From assembly GCA_003232385.1 (NCBI GenBank), contig QIJE01000006.1, forward strand, positions 7,336-71,335: a stretch of 64,000 nucleotides of DNA, read 5' to 3'. The notes under the pieces are model-generated. The model saw only the letters and a program-made list of their open reading frames with translations, made no database searches and was not told where the DNA came from. Below are positions 1 to 10,518 of this stretch, piece after piece (the first letter of the stretch is position 1; each line of letters begins with the position of its first letter). This DNA is from a bacterium (lineage in GTDB: Bacteria; SZUA-79; Acidulodesulfobacterales; Acidulodesulfobacteraceae). The translations under genes and the position numbers were made by a program.

Positions 1-837
1 ATTCCTTCGATTTATAGGGTACATGAAAGGCCGGATGAGGAAAAAGTTAAAGAATTTTTAAAAATATTAAAATATTTTAAACTGCCTTTTGTGCACGGTC
101 CGCTAGAAAATTCACTCGACTATCAAGAAATGCTTAATAAATTAAAAGAAAACCCGTTATCCTCTTTTTTAGAACAGGCATTTTTGAGATCTATGCGTAT
201 TGCCGTATACTCTCCGGTTAATATTCATCACTTTGGACTTGCTTTGACCTCTTATACCCATTTTACGTCTCCTATCAGGAGGTATGCCGACCTGTTAATT
301 CATAGGATTCTTGCCTTTATGCTTTATGGAGACGACGGCAATAAAAAAACGTTTAAAGCCGAAAGCGGCGGATATGGAGAGGCGGGCAAAGATAAAAATG
401 TTCCGGAATGGTTTAATTTAGACTACTTAAGGGTTGTATCGAATATAATTTCCAGACGGGAAAAGCTTTCGACGGATGCCGAGAGGGAGTACTCCGATTT
501 TAAGAAAATGCAGTTTTTAAAAAAAAATGAACAGGCGGTTTACGACGGGTTCATCACTAACGTAGTAAATTTTGGTTTTTTTGTAGATATTAAGGGATTT
601 TTTATACAGGGCTTCGTGCATGTTTCGACCATAGCCGACGATTATTATGAATATAACGATAATACAAAAATACTTAAAGGTAAACACGGCAGGAAGATAT
701 TTAAGATAGGAGACAAAGTTGAAGTCAGCGTTTATTCGATCGACCTGTTAAAGAGGGAAGTGGATCTAAGGTTTATAGAGTTCGATAAACAAAAAAAACA
801 TAAGACGGGATTTTTGCCTGCAAGAAAGCGGAGATGA
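1..837 (+). CDS. rnr: Ribonuclease R, C-terminal part (5' end outside window)
   Basis: Frame 1 is open from base 1 (IPSIYRVHERPDEEK...). RNB signature HFGLALTSYTHFTSPIRRYADLLIHR, S1-like segment (GFITNVVNFGFFVDI...GFVHVS) and a basic tail. Confidence 0.85.
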   Translation: MPSIYRVHERPDEEKVKEFLKILKYFKLPFVHGPLENSLDYQEMLNKLKENPLSSFLEQAFLRSMRIAVYSPVNIHHFGLALTSYTHFTSPIRRYADLLIHRILAFMLYGDDGNKKTFKAESGGYGEAGKDKNVPEWFNLDYLRVVSNIISRREKLSTDAEREYSDFKKMQFLKKNEQAVYDGFITNVVNFGFFVDIKGFFIQGFVHVSTIADDYYEYNDNTKILKGKHGRKIFKIGDKVEVSVYSIDLLKREVDLRFIEFDKQKKHKTGFLPARKRR

Positions 838-890
838 ATCGGGAAAGGCATATCTCGGCGTGCAGCTAAAGACTGAGGATTAATCTATAT

Positions 891-2576
891 ATGAAAATAG
901 GCGATTTTATTAGATTCGTGAGGGCGATTCAGAGGATAAGGCAGGTTTCGGCGATTCTTGCAAAGCATGGTTTTTATCAAATCATAACTAATTTGGGGCT
1001 TTCGAAATTTTTTATATTTAAAAAATATCTTAAGGCAGCCTATCCGGTGGATAATTATCAGAACGTTCCGCCCGAAGTAAGACTGAGATACGCAATAGAA
1101 GAGCTTGGCCCGACCTTTATAAAACTTGGACAAATATTTTCCGAAGAAATAGCCGACCTACCTTTGAAATATATCATCGAACTAAGGAAGCTGCAGGATA
1201 GTACACAGATAGATTATAATAAAATAAGCGATATCAGAGAAATATTTAAGGCGGAAACCGGTTTAAATATTGAAAATGTTTTTGCGTCCTTTGAAGAAAC
1301 ACCCGTAGCTTCGGCTTCCATAGCGCAGGTGCATAAGGCTGTCTTAAAAGACGGAACCGTAGTTGCCGTTAAGATTAAAAAAAAGGACGTACACAAAATA
1401 ATCAAAAAAGATATAGGCGTTTTATACTTTATCTCCAATATCGCCGGCGATGCCGCCAAAGAATTGCTCTATATTGATAATGCGGAGGAATTTCTGGAGG
1501 AATTCGTCAAAAATATTACATCGGAACTGGATTTTTTGCGTGAAGCCGGAAATACGGAAAAAGTAAGGAAAATTAATCAAGATAAAGATACGGTTGAGAT
1601 AGCCAAAGTTTACTGGGAATATTCTTCTGCGAACGTATTAGTGGAAGATTTTGTAGAAGGAGTCAAAATAAGCGACGTAAATGAATTATCTAAAAGAGGT
1701 TTCGACAAAAACAATATCCTTAAAATATTTTTAAACCATTTTTTAAATCAGATATTTATGGTAGGTTATTTTAATGCCGACCCTCATCCCGGCAATATAT
1801 TAGTTATCAATGAAAACAAGATAGGGATAATAGATTTCGGCTCCGTAGGGATAATTACGAAAGATTTACGAAAAAAAGTTTTAAGGTATTTTATTGATTT
1901 TTTTCACGACGATTATGAAGATGCCGCTTCTATATTTATCGATATATGTATGGGAAATTTGACCGAAAGGGAGGAACAGGCATTTAAATTTGAACTTATA
2001 GAATTCATAGAAAGTGTAGACAATAAACCGTTCAAGGATATATATAGTTCCGAGATTCTTTTAAAAACCTTGAAAATAGGCCATAATCATAAATTAGCGA
2101 TACCCTCGGAGCTTTCTCTTCTGTTCAAGGCCATGCTTCCCATAGAGTCTGTGGCAAAAATGCTTAATCCAAATTTTTCCTTTGCCGATTCGGGGCTTGA
2201 GTTTTTTGATTCCATATCGGCAGATAAAAAAGCGAAAGCTAAAGCGAAAGATATTGAGGCAATGCTTATAGGCAATTTAAAAAGCTATAAGGATTTTTTT
2301 GAGGTACTTCCGAAAAGAGCAGATAAGATACTTAAGAAAATGTCGGAAGATAAATTCTCCATAGATTTTATACATAAGGGATTAGAGGGGCTGATAGGCG
2401 AAATGGAAAGGTCTAGCAAAAGGCTTACCGGCGGACTTTTACTTGCTTCTGTTATAATTTCTTCGGGGGTTCTTATATTCATAGGAAGTGAATTTTCGCA
2501 TTTATACATTTCGATAATGGGGATAACAGGATGGATTATGGGATTGTTATATATTTTAATTTTATTGTTTAAATAA
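891..2576 (+). CDS. ABC1/UbiB-family atypical kinase with C-terminal TM helices
   Basis: 561 aa. ABC1 signature PVASASIAQVHKAVLKDGTVVAVKI, FNADPHPGNILV and IIDFG motifs, hydrophobic C-terminus. Confidence 0.8.
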   Translation: MKIGDFIRFVRAIQRIRQVSAILAKHGFYQIITNLGLSKFFIFKKYLKAAYPVDNYQNVPPEVRLRYAIEELGPTFIKLGQIFSEEIADLPLKYIIELRKLQDSTQIDYNKISDIREIFKAETGLNIENVFASFEETPVASASIAQVHKAVLKDGTVVAVKIKKKDVHKIIKKDIGVLYFISNIAGDAAKELLYIDNAEEFLEEFVKNITSELDFLREAGNTEKVRKINQDKDTVEIAKVYWEYSSANVLVEDFVEGVKISDVNELSKRGFDKNNILKIFLNHFLNQIFMVGYFNADPHPGNILVINENKIGIIDFGSVGIITKDLRKKVLRYFIDFFHDDYEDAASIFIDICMGNLTEREEQAFKFELIEFIESVDNKPFKDIYSSEILLKTLKIGHNHKLAIPSELSLLFKAMLPIESVAKMLNPNFSFADSGLEFFDSISADKKAKAKAKDIEAMLIGNLKSYKDFFEVLPKRADKILKKMSEDKFSIDFIHKGLEGLIGEMERSSKRLTGGLLLASVIISSGVLIFIGSEFSHLYISIMGITGWIMGLLYILILLFK

Positions 2577-2608
2577 AGCGGACAAGAAGGAGGAGGATAA
2601 TAAAAACA

Positions 2609-3565
2609 TTGGAAATATTGGAAATTAATGATGTAGGATGCAACTTTAAGAACTCGGTAATTACTATAGGTAGCTTTGACGGAATACATCTGGGGCACAG
2701 AAAATTAATGGAACTCACTAAAGATTCTTCTTTAGAATCAAATTCAGTTTCGGTAGTTTTGACTTTTTATCCCCATCCGCTAAAGGTTCTTCACCCGGAG
2801 ACTAAGGTCCATTTGATTACTACATTCGAAAAAAAGACGGAATTAGTAGAGGAAACGGGTATAGATTATTTAGTTTATATCACCTTTACGCCTGAATTTT
2901 CAGGAATGATGCCGGAAGATTTTATCAAAAATATTATAGTGAAAAGATTGAATCCGGTTAAAATCATAGTAGGACACGATTTTGGTTTCGGTGTAAAAAA
3001 GTCGGGAAACATACCCCTGCTGGAGAAGCTATCCGGGGAGCTCGGTTTTGAACTTGCTGTTGTAGAGCCTGTTGTAATAGATGGAGAGGTTGTTTCAAGC
3101 ACGCTTATAAGAAGATTGGTGATAACCGGCAGGGTCTGCGCGGTAAAGAGATTTTTAGGGAGGCATTATTCGGTTCACGGTCGTGTAGTTAGGGGAAGCG
3201 GCAGGGGTAAACATCTCGGATTTCCTACGGCCAATATTATTCCGGAGGAGGAGTTGTTTCCCAAAGACGGGGTGTATGTTACACAGGTGAGAATAGGCGA
3301 TAAATTTTATGATTCTATAACAAATATAGGTTCTAATCCGACGTTTAACGAAGAAATAAGAAGAATAGAGACATATGTATTTGATTTTAACGGCAATATA
3401 TATGATGTGAAAATAGAGGTTTTCTTTACGGAAAGGTTGAGAGAAGAAATAAAGTTTAATAATATAAAAGAACTTAAAGAAAGGATTAAAAAAGACATAG
3501 AACTGGCAAATCTTATTCTAAGAAGAAGACTGAAATATAAAAAAAACATTGTTCCTTTGACTTGA
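2609..3565 (+). CDS. ribF: Bifunctional riboflavin kinase / FMN adenylyltransferase
   Basis: TTG start 13 nt after GGAGGAGGA. GSFDGIHLGH nucleotidyltransferase motif; C-terminal riboflavin kinase segment (GRGKHLGFPTANI, PTFN). Confidence 0.9.
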   Translation: MEILEINDVGCNFKNSVITIGSFDGIHLGHRKLMELTKDSSLESNSVSVVLTFYPHPLKVLHPETKVHLITTFEKKTELVEETGIDYLVYITFTPEFSGMMPEDFIKNIIVKRLNPVKIIVGHDFGFGVKKSGNIPLLEKLSGELGFELAVVEPVVIDGEVVSSTLIRRLVITGRVCAVKRFLGRHYSVHGRVVRGSGRGKHLGFPTANIIPEEELFPKDGVYVTQVRIGDKFYDSITNIGSNPTFNEEIRRIETYVFDFNGNIYDVKIEVFFTERLREEIKFNNIKELKERIKKDIELANLILRRRLKYKKNIVPLT

Positions 3566-3596
3566 TTTTTAAATAGAAGTTTAATAAAATATACTT

Positions 3597-4616
3597 ATGA
3601 TAATGTATAAGACTAAAACTAAAAAATTTAAGGTTTTTTTGTTAAGTCTCGTTATTGTCTTGATGACGCTTACCGCGGGATTTTTCGCATATACGGCTTA
3701 TACTTTCGGTTCGTTATATGCTAAAACCTCCGCGTTCTATTCTCTTAAACAGTCCAATATGATTTTTTTTGGCGGCCAAAAGGGGCTAAGGCTTGTTTAT
3801 CCGTCTATGTCGGGCGGGTCAAACGGCGTTTCCTTTTATTTTGTTTTTACTATGGCGTTGTTATTATTTGCGGGCATTATAATCTTTATGTTCGTCTATT
3901 TTTACAGACTGATAGAAAGCCAGGAAAATACCGAATTGACCTTAAGGTCTGTAGAAAAGAACATCCTTGAAGTACCATCCACTATTATTCATGAAATTAA
4001 GGGTAACATAAATTCGGTCTTAATTAATTCGAGGGTGTTAATTGAGAAGGTTAAAGACATAGAGTCGAATAAAGACGGTATTGTAAAAACCGGCGGTGTC
4101 ATAGGAAGCGAAACCGCGAGGTTGGCTCAAACAATGGATAACATACTTAAGTTTACCAAGGATTACGATTTAAATTTAGAAAACGTCAGCCTTTCGGAAT
4201 TGATAGAAGAGGCATATGAATTGATTGAAAATAGGGTTTCTGCAAAGGGAATTGTATTTTCCGTTTCGGTAGATAGGGATATTAACATTAAAATGGACAA
4301 AGATTTAATGCTTCAGGTTTTTAAAAATCTAATTTTGAATGCCGTCGAATCTTACAAAAGTAAAAAAGGAGAGGTATCGGTCTATTCCTCTTATATTTTA
4401 AATAAGATTTCTCTTGTCGTGGAGGATAATGGAGCAGGTATAGATAAAAAATACATGCGAAAGATTTTTGAACCGTTTTTTACCACTAAAAAAACAGGAG
4501 TAGGGCTCGGGCTTGCATTGACAAAGAATATTATAGACGCTCATGGATTTAATATTAATGTTGATTCGCATAATGGAGTAGGTACAAAGATTTCGGTTAT
4601 CATGAAGGATTTATAA
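3597..4616 (+). CDS. Membrane sensor histidine kinase
   Basis: N-terminal TM segments, H-box-like IIHEIKGNINSV, HATPase_c boxes (LILNAVES, EDNGAGID, GVGLGLALTKNII). Confidence 0.75.
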   Translation: MIMYKTKTKKFKVFLLSLVIVLMTLTAGFFAYTAYTFGSLYAKTSAFYSLKQSNMIFFGGQKGLRLVYPSMSGGSNGVSFYFVFTMALLLFAGIIIFMFVYFYRLIESQENTELTLRSVEKNILEVPSTIIHEIKGNINSVLINSRVLIEKVKDIESNKDGIVKTGGVIGSETARLAQTMDNILKFTKDYDLNLENVSLSELIEEAYELIENRVSAKGIVFSVSVDRDINIKMDKDLMLQVFKNLILNAVESYKSKKGEVSVYSSYILNKISLVVEDNGAGIDKKYMRKIFEPFFTTKKTGVGLGLALTKNIIDAHGFNINVDSHNGVGTKISVIMKDL

Positions 4617-4717
4617 TACTCTCCTTAAAAGAAAAAGCGTAATGGGAAACGAAGCCGAGCAAATAAACCGATTATCGTCTTAAATATAGAGAGGACGGAG
4701 AGTTAAAAAGTTTAAAA

Positions 4718-6157
4718 ATGAGCGATACGCATAAAAAGTCCATAGTAATATTAATAGTTGAAGATGATGAAGCCTCCCGCATTGGTCTCGCCGATTTTAT
4801 AAAACTCAGCGGCTATAAAGTTTATGAGGCAGATCGCCTTAAATCCGCTTTTGATATTTTAGGCTTAAACGACGGCGATAAGGATAGGATAGATATAGTA
4901 ATTACCGATCTTAAACTTCCGGACGGCACAGGGTTGGATTTATTAAGAGTTATAAAAAAGGACGGAAAGGCTCAAGGTACGGACGTTGTTGTCGTTACGG
5001 GGTTCAGCTCGGTAAAAACCGCCGTAGAAGCGATAAAACTTGGGGCATACGATTATATAACGAAACCGGTAAATCTTGACGAACTCAGCTTAATAATTAA
5101 ACGAATAATATCCAACAAAAACCTTATAGACGAATTAAATACTTTAAAAACAAGGCTTGACGAAAGATTTAATTTCGGCAATCTGATAACTTCATCAAAA
5201 AAGATGATAGATATCGTCAATACCGCAATTACTGTTTCAAATACCAATTCTACCGTATTAATAGAAGGCGAGTCGGGAACAGGCAAAGAATTACTTGCAA
5301 ATATTATAGTTAATAATTCTCGGAGAAAAAATAAGCCTTTTATCAAGGTAAATTGTGCTGCGCTTTCGGAAACGATTTTGGAAAGTGAGCTTTTCGGACA
5401 CGAAAAAGGGGCTTATACCGGAGCGGATTCACTTTATAGGGGGAGATTCGAGATAGCGGACGGCGGAACCATCTTTCTTGATGAGATAGGCGAAGTTTCC
5501 ATGAAAACGCAATCTAAAATATTACGTGTTTTGCAGGAAAAGGAATTAGAGAGAGTAGGCGGGAATAAAACGATCAAGGTGGATATAAGGGTAATAGCCG
5601 CTTCTCAGGATATAGAAAAAAAAGTTTCGAATAGCGAGTTTAGGCGGGATTTGTATTACCGACTTAATGTAATAAATTTAAAACTCATACCCCTTAGGGA
5701 GAGGAAGGAAGATATACCTGTCCTGATAAAGAGATTTTTAGAGGATTTTTCTAAAGAAAACGACAAAAACATTATAGATATAAATAAAGGGACTTTAGAT
5801 ATTTTATTAAGATACGGTTATCCCGGAAACGTAAGAGAATTAAAAAATATAATCGAATATATGGTTGCCGTGGCCGGAGGAGATGTCATAGATGAATCCC
5901 TGCTGCCTAATTACATAAAAGAAAAATATATAGAAAACAAAGAGGAAGAAACAGGGCATGATTTAAAATCGGAGCGGCTTTTTTCAAAGGATTGTATTGA
6001 AATACCCATAGGTGCAACGCTCGAAGATGCGGAAAATTTAATCATACGAATGACACTAAAGATGAATAATTACGATAAGGTTAAAACAGCTAAAGATTTA
6101 AATGTCGGATTAAAGACGATTTACAGGAAATTAGGCAAAACGGCTACGTTAGGCTGA
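4718..6157 (+). CDS. Sigma-54-dependent response regulator (NtrC family)
   Basis: REC domain (VITDLKLPDG), AAA+ domain with GESGTGKE, ESELFGHEKGAYTGA (GAFTGA variant), C-terminal HTH. Confidence 0.85.
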   Translation: MSDTHKKSIVILIVEDDEASRIGLADFIKLSGYKVYEADRLKSAFDILGLNDGDKDRIDIVITDLKLPDGTGLDLLRVIKKDGKAQGTDVVVVTGFSSVKTAVEAIKLGAYDYITKPVNLDELSLIIKRIISNKNLIDELNTLKTRLDERFNFGNLITSSKKMIDIVNTAITVSNTNSTVLIEGESGTGKELLANIIVNNSRRKNKPFIKVNCAALSETILESELFGHEKGAYTGADSLYRGRFEIADGGTIFLDEIGEVSMKTQSKILRVLQEKELERVGGNKTIKVDIRVIAASQDIEKKVSNSEFRRDLYYRLNVINLKLIPLRERKEDIPVLIKRFLEDFSKENDKNIIDINKGTLDILLRYGYPGNVRELKNIIEYMVAVAGGDVIDESLLPNYIKEKYIENKEEETGHDLKSERLFSKDCIEIPIGATLEDAENLIIRMTLKMNNYDKVKTAKDLNVGLKTIYRKLGKTATLG

Positions 6158-6160
6158 TTT

Positions 6161-7861
6161 TTACCTAATTTTATTTATTTTTATCATATATCGTTTCACC
6201 TCTTTGGATTTTTTGATTTTATAAGATTTTTTAAGATATTCAAGGGCTCTTTTGTATTTTTTTAACATAAAATAGTCCATACCCGTATGTTTCAGAACGA
6301 TTGCGGATTTACCGAGCTTTTTGAGTGATAACTTAAATAATTTTAATGCCTTCGCATACTGTTTTTCCCTGTAATATACAAAGCCGAGACTATCAAGGAT
6401 AAACGGTGAGCCTTTATCGTAGGATAAAGCTCTATCTATCAGTGTCTTCGCTTTTTTTAGATTCTTATTATTTATTGCAAGATTATACCCTAAATAATTA
6501 AGAGCATCTGCATTATAGGGATTTATTTTTAATATTTTTTTCATTACCGCGCGAGCCTTTTTTCCTTTTTTTAGATAATGATATGTTGAACCCAATTCAT
6601 ATAAAAGGGCGGTATTGTTGTGAAAATCCTTAAGTCCCGCTTTTATAATATCTTCAGATTTTTTATAATCATTTATTTCGGTTAAGGCAATTGCCGAGAA
6701 ATAATAAAACCTTAGATTCTTTTTTAATTTTATGTTCAAAAGCATATCGGCTATTATGTTTTCTATAGATTGTTTGTATTTTATCTCGCCGCTCTCCCTG
6801 TAACTATTAAGGTATATCGCTATTTCCCGGAGTTTGGCGTCAATGTAATGTTTTCCCGGCTTGAGCTTATTTAAAAATGCAATGCCGCTTTTATAATTTT
6901 TTTGTAATATATAAGAAGTGCCGATAAAAAAGTATGCGTTGTTTTTTAAGCCCGTCGTATTTTTTGTAATATCAATAAAATTTAAAAACAGCCTTATGGA
7001 AGCCTTGTAATTTTTCATAATATAATAGAGTATCGCCGATTGATAAATTGCCGCTTCGGAGTCATGGTTTATTTTAAGATATTTACCTAACGCATTTACG
7101 GCATCCTTATCCCTTCCCGAAAGCACGTAAACCGCCGCAAGCCTGAAGTATGCCTTTTTAAAATACGGGTCTATTTTTATAAGAGACAAAAGGTTCTCTT
7201 CGGCTTTTTTCTTTTTATTTTGAGTCATATATATTTTTGATAACATATAATAAGAGTTTATGTTGTTTGGGTGATTTAATTTCATGATGTTCAGGTAAAA
7301 TATTGCGGTTTTTAAGTCTCTTTTATATGTATAAAGGTTGGAAAGAAACAAAAGAGTTTTGAGGTTATAGGGATTTTCTTTCAGGATATTTTTAAGAATT
7401 TTAATGGATTCTTTGAGCTTGCCCGTATCGGCGGTTATTTTTGCCTTGAGAATTAAATATTTAATTATTGTATTACCTTTCTTATTTCTTATTTTTAAGG
7501 CAAGGTTTATATGATTTAAGGATTTTTTATATTCCCCGTTTTTAAAATATAAAGATGCAAGCACATAGTTAAAATAATGATTTTTGAGTAAATCCCCCGG
7601 TTCCTTTTTAAAATATTTGATTGCACGGCCGTAATCGCCGTCATAGTAATAGACAAAACCGGTAAGTGTGTTGAATACCGTATCCGATTGCACGGTTGCG
7701 GCTTTTACGTTAGTCGCATTAGCCTGCAAAAGTAAAAAAAAGAGTACAAATAAAATAGATGCAAAAGGCGGTATAAAATATTTATAAATATTTATATGCC
7801 CTAAGTATTTTTTGACAGCAGTATAAAAAATTCCGTATTCCCCTTTTTTCCTTTTATGCAT
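6161..7861 (-). CDS. Secreted or membrane-anchored TPR-repeat protein
   Basis: 566 aa with a hydrophobic N-terminal segment and many degenerate 34-residue TPR-like repeats. Overlaps tlyA by 61 nt, so the true start may lie downstream. Confidence 0.65.
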   Translation of the reverse strand: MHKRKKGEYGIFYTAVKKYLGHINIYKYFIPPFASILFVLFFLLLQANATNVKAATVQSDTVFNTLTGFVYYYDGDYGRAIKYFKKEPGDLLKNHYFNYVLASLYFKNGEYKKSLNHINLALKIRNKKGNTIIKYLILKAKITADTGKLKESIKILKNILKENPYNLKTLLFLSNLYTYKRDLKTAIFYLNIMKLNHPNNINSYYMLSKIYMTQNKKKKAEENLLSLIKIDPYFKKAYFRLAAVYVLSGRDKDAVNALGKYLKINHDSEAAIYQSAILYYIMKNYKASIRLFLNFIDITKNTTGLKNNAYFFIGTSYILQKNYKSGIAFLNKLKPGKHYIDAKLREIAIYLNSYRESGEIKYKQSIENIIADMLLNIKLKKNLRFYYFSAIALTEINDYKKSEDIIKAGLKDFHNNTALLYELGSTYHYLKKGKKARAVMKKILKINPYNADALNYLGYNLAINNKNLKKAKTLIDRALSYDKGSPFILDSLGFVYYREKQYAKALKLFKLSLKKLGKSAIVLKHTGMDYFMLKKYKRALEYLKKSYKIKKSKEVKRYMIKINKIR

Positions 7862-8541
7862 GATTTCTTTACTCCGACAACAGTGAGGTTCAAGTTTTTT
7901 GAAAATTCGATTATCCTGTTTATTACTGTTTCATGGACGGCATTGTCTTTTATTATGCCCTTTTTAAGGGCTCTTTTATCTTCCGTTTCAAATTGAGGCT
8001 TTATCAACGAGAGTATAAGGCCTCCGGTCTTGATAAAATTTTTAATATTAGGAAGAACCTTGGCGAGCGATATGAAGGATACGTCACATACCGCCATGTC
8101 TAATTTTTCTCCGATCTCTTCAAATGATAGATATCTTATGTTAGTATTTTCTAAATTTTTAATTTTTTTATTATTTCTTAATGAATAATGAAGCTGTCCG
8201 TAACCTACGTCTATGCAATAGACAAATTCAGCACCCTCCCTTAGAACGCAGTCAGTAAATCCGCCGGTAGAAGCCCCTATATCTATAATTCTCTTACCTT
8301 TAACATTAATACAAAAATCCGCCAGCGTTCCCTTTAATTTTAACCCTCCTCTGGATACATACCCGTCTGTTTTCTTGATTTCTATCAGGCTATCCGGGCT
8401 GACCGATATTCCGGGTTTTGTGCATATTTGTCCGTCAACGGATACCATGCCCTCCATTATCAGCGCCGATGCCCTCGTTCTTGTCAGATCGTCGATAGAT
8501 CGAATATTAGAGAGGAGAATATCTAATCTTATTTTTTTCAC
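7801..8541 (-). CDS. tlyA: TlyA-family rRNA 2'-O-methyltransferase (hemolysin A-like)
   Basis: S4-like N-terminus MKKIRLDILL...; FtsJ-type SAM motif IDIGASTGGFTD. Lies downstream of dxs, as in many bacteria. Confidence 0.85.
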   Translation of the reverse strand: MKKIRLDILLSNIRSIDDLTRTRASALIMEGMVSVDGQICTKPGISVSPDSLIEIKKTDGYVSRGGLKLKGTLADFCINVKGKRIIDIGASTGGFTDCVLREGAEFVYCIDVGYGQLHYSLRNNKKIKNLENTNIRYLSFEEIGEKLDMAVCDVSFISLAKVLPNIKNFIKTGGLILSLIKPQFETEDKRALKKGIIKDNAVHETVINRIIEFSKNLNLTVVGVKKSCIKGKKGNTEFFILLSKNT

Positions 8542-10441
8542 TGTCTACGTTAAAAAAGTCGTTTATAGATTCAAGTAATTTTGCTTGTGAAAACCCCATA
8601 ACGGTGAGAAGTTCGTTACGAGAGCCATGTTCAATATAATTATTGCCTAAAGATATAATTTTATATTCTAAATTTATTAACGGGACGTTTTGACTTAGCA
8701 CCGTTAAAAGTTTTGCCCCAAATCCGGAAAACTCGACATTTTCCTCTACCGTCATAACCCTCTTTGAATTTTTTATTTTATCAATCAATTTTGAAGAAAT
8801 CGGAGATATAAACCTGGCATTAATGAGTCCTATCCCCTGTTCTTCGTTAGCAGTGTTTTTGTTTATATTGTCGAGTAAATCTTTTATTATTTCGGTATGC
8901 GGAGCGCCGAGACTTACTATAATATTATCATTCCCATTTAAAAGAACCTCAAATTCACCTTCGTTTATTACGGGTATATCTTTTTCTTCCGGAGACGCAA
9001 AATAGGGGATTTTAGCTTTAGGATATCTGATTACGGTTGGCGCATTGTAGGATACGGAGCTTTTAATCATTTGCATAAGTTCATATTCATTTTTAGGAGA
9101 CATAAAAATAAGGTTGGGTATATAACCTAAAAATGATACGTCGAATATTCCTTGGTGCGTAGCCCCATCTTCCCCCGCAATACCTGCCCTGTCTATACAT
9201 AATACTACCGGCAAATTTTGAAGACATATATCGTGAATGATTTGATCTAAAGATCTCTGAAGAAAAGTAGAATATATAAAAACAAAAGGCCTCAGTCCGT
9301 TTGCGGCCGCCCCTGCGGCAAAGGTAGAGGCGTGTCCCTCTGCTATGCCGGTGTCGAAAAATCTTTCAGGAAAAACCTTTGAAAATTTAGATAAACCGGT
9401 ACCGTCAGGCATTGCAGCCGTGATTGCTATTATTTTTTTATTATTTTTGGCAATATTTATTAGAAAATTAGAAGCCGCCTCGCCGTAGGTTATATCATCC
9501 GTTTTTTTTAGAATTAATCCCGTGTTTTTGTCAAAAGCCGATATACCGTGAAATATAGAAGGGTTTTTCTCGGATGGTCCGTAGCCTTTACCTTTTTTTG
9601 TTATGACGTGTAAGAGAATCGGTTTTTTTATTTTTTTTATATTTTCAAACGAATCTAATAGATACGGTATGTTATGCCCGTCTATGGGGCCTATGTATGT
9701 GAAGCCCAGTTCCTCGAATAAAATTCCGGGAACTATAAGATTTTTAAAAGACTCTTCAAACTTAGAGACGAGTTTTGCCATTTGATTTCCGAACAGCGGT
9801 ATGGACTTAAGTAATTTTTCAGCTTCCTTTCTGAGCCCTTGATAAAAATCTCCGCTCATTATTTTGTTCAAATAATTAGAAATTGCTCCGACGTTTTTAG
9901 AGATAGACATCTCATTGTCGTTTAAAATAACGATAATATCTCTCTTTAAAGAGCCTGCATTATTTAAGCCTTCAAGTGCCAGTCCGTTAGATATTGCGGC
10001 ATCCCCTATTACGGCTATGATTCTGCCTTGGCTACCCCTACCCGTCAAATCTTTCGCAACGCTCATGCCGAGAGCGGCGGAAATAGACGTTCCGGCATGT
10101 CCCGTACCGAAGTAGTCGTATCTACTTTCATTGATAGATGGAAAACCAGATATTCCGCCCAATTTCCTAAGCGTAGAAAATTTTTCTCTCCTTCCGGTCA
10201 GAAGCTTATACGGATAAGATTGATGCCCGACGTCCCATATTATTTTATCTGAATTTTCTATGTCGAATGATTTTAAAATTGCGATAGTAAGTTCTGTAAC
10301 TCCGAGACTTGAGGCAATATGCCCACCGTTTTTTGAACAAGTAGTTATTATTTCTTCCCTGAGCTCTCCCGCTAAGATTTCAAGTTCTTCCGGCTTTAAG
10401 GTTTTGACATCGTTCGGGCTTTTAATTTTGTCTAATATCAT
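8507..10441 (-). CDS. dxs: 1-deoxy-D-xylulose-5-phosphate synthase
   Basis: 644 aa. DVGHQSYPYKLLTGR and a TPP-binding region (IGDAAISNGLALEGLNNAG); transketolase-like C-terminal domains. Confidence 0.95.
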   Translation of the reverse strand: MILDKIKSPNDVKTLKPEELEILAGELREEIITTCSKNGGHIASSLGVTELTIAILKSFDIENSDKIIWDVGHQSYPYKLLTGRREKFSTLRKLGGISGFPSINESRYDYFGTGHAGTSISAALGMSVAKDLTGRGSQGRIIAVIGDAAISNGLALEGLNNAGSLKRDIIVILNDNEMSISKNVGAISNYLNKIMSGDFYQGLRKEAEKLLKSIPLFGNQMAKLVSKFEESFKNLIVPGILFEELGFTYIGPIDGHNIPYLLDSFENIKKIKKPILLHVITKKGKGYGPSEKNPSIFHGISAFDKNTGLILKKTDDITYGEAASNFLINIAKNNKKIIAITAAMPDGTGLSKFSKVFPERFFDTGIAEGHASTFAAGAAANGLRPFVFIYSTFLQRSLDQIIHDICLQNLPVVLCIDRAGIAGEDGATHQGIFDVSFLGYIPNLIFMSPKNEYELMQMIKSSVSYNAPTVIRYPKAKIPYFASPEEKDIPVINEGEFEVLLNGNDNIIVSLGAPHTEIIKDLLDNINKNTANEEQGIGLINARFISPISSKLIDKIKNSKRVMTVEENVEFSGFGAKLLTVLSQNVPLINLEYKIISLGNNYIEHGSRNELLTVMGFSQAKLLESINDFFNVDSEKNKIRYSPL

Positions 10442-10518
10442 GGCGGTTTAATACTAATATTTAAATAATATGTGTTATCTTTAATGTATCCTGATGTCGT
10501 ACCGGCCATACGTCCGGA

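Noticed and set aside
885-1133. 82-aa minus-strand ORF overlapping the start of the ABC1 kinase gene
   Set aside because: It overlaps a well-supported gene, has no SD and has no recognisable domain.
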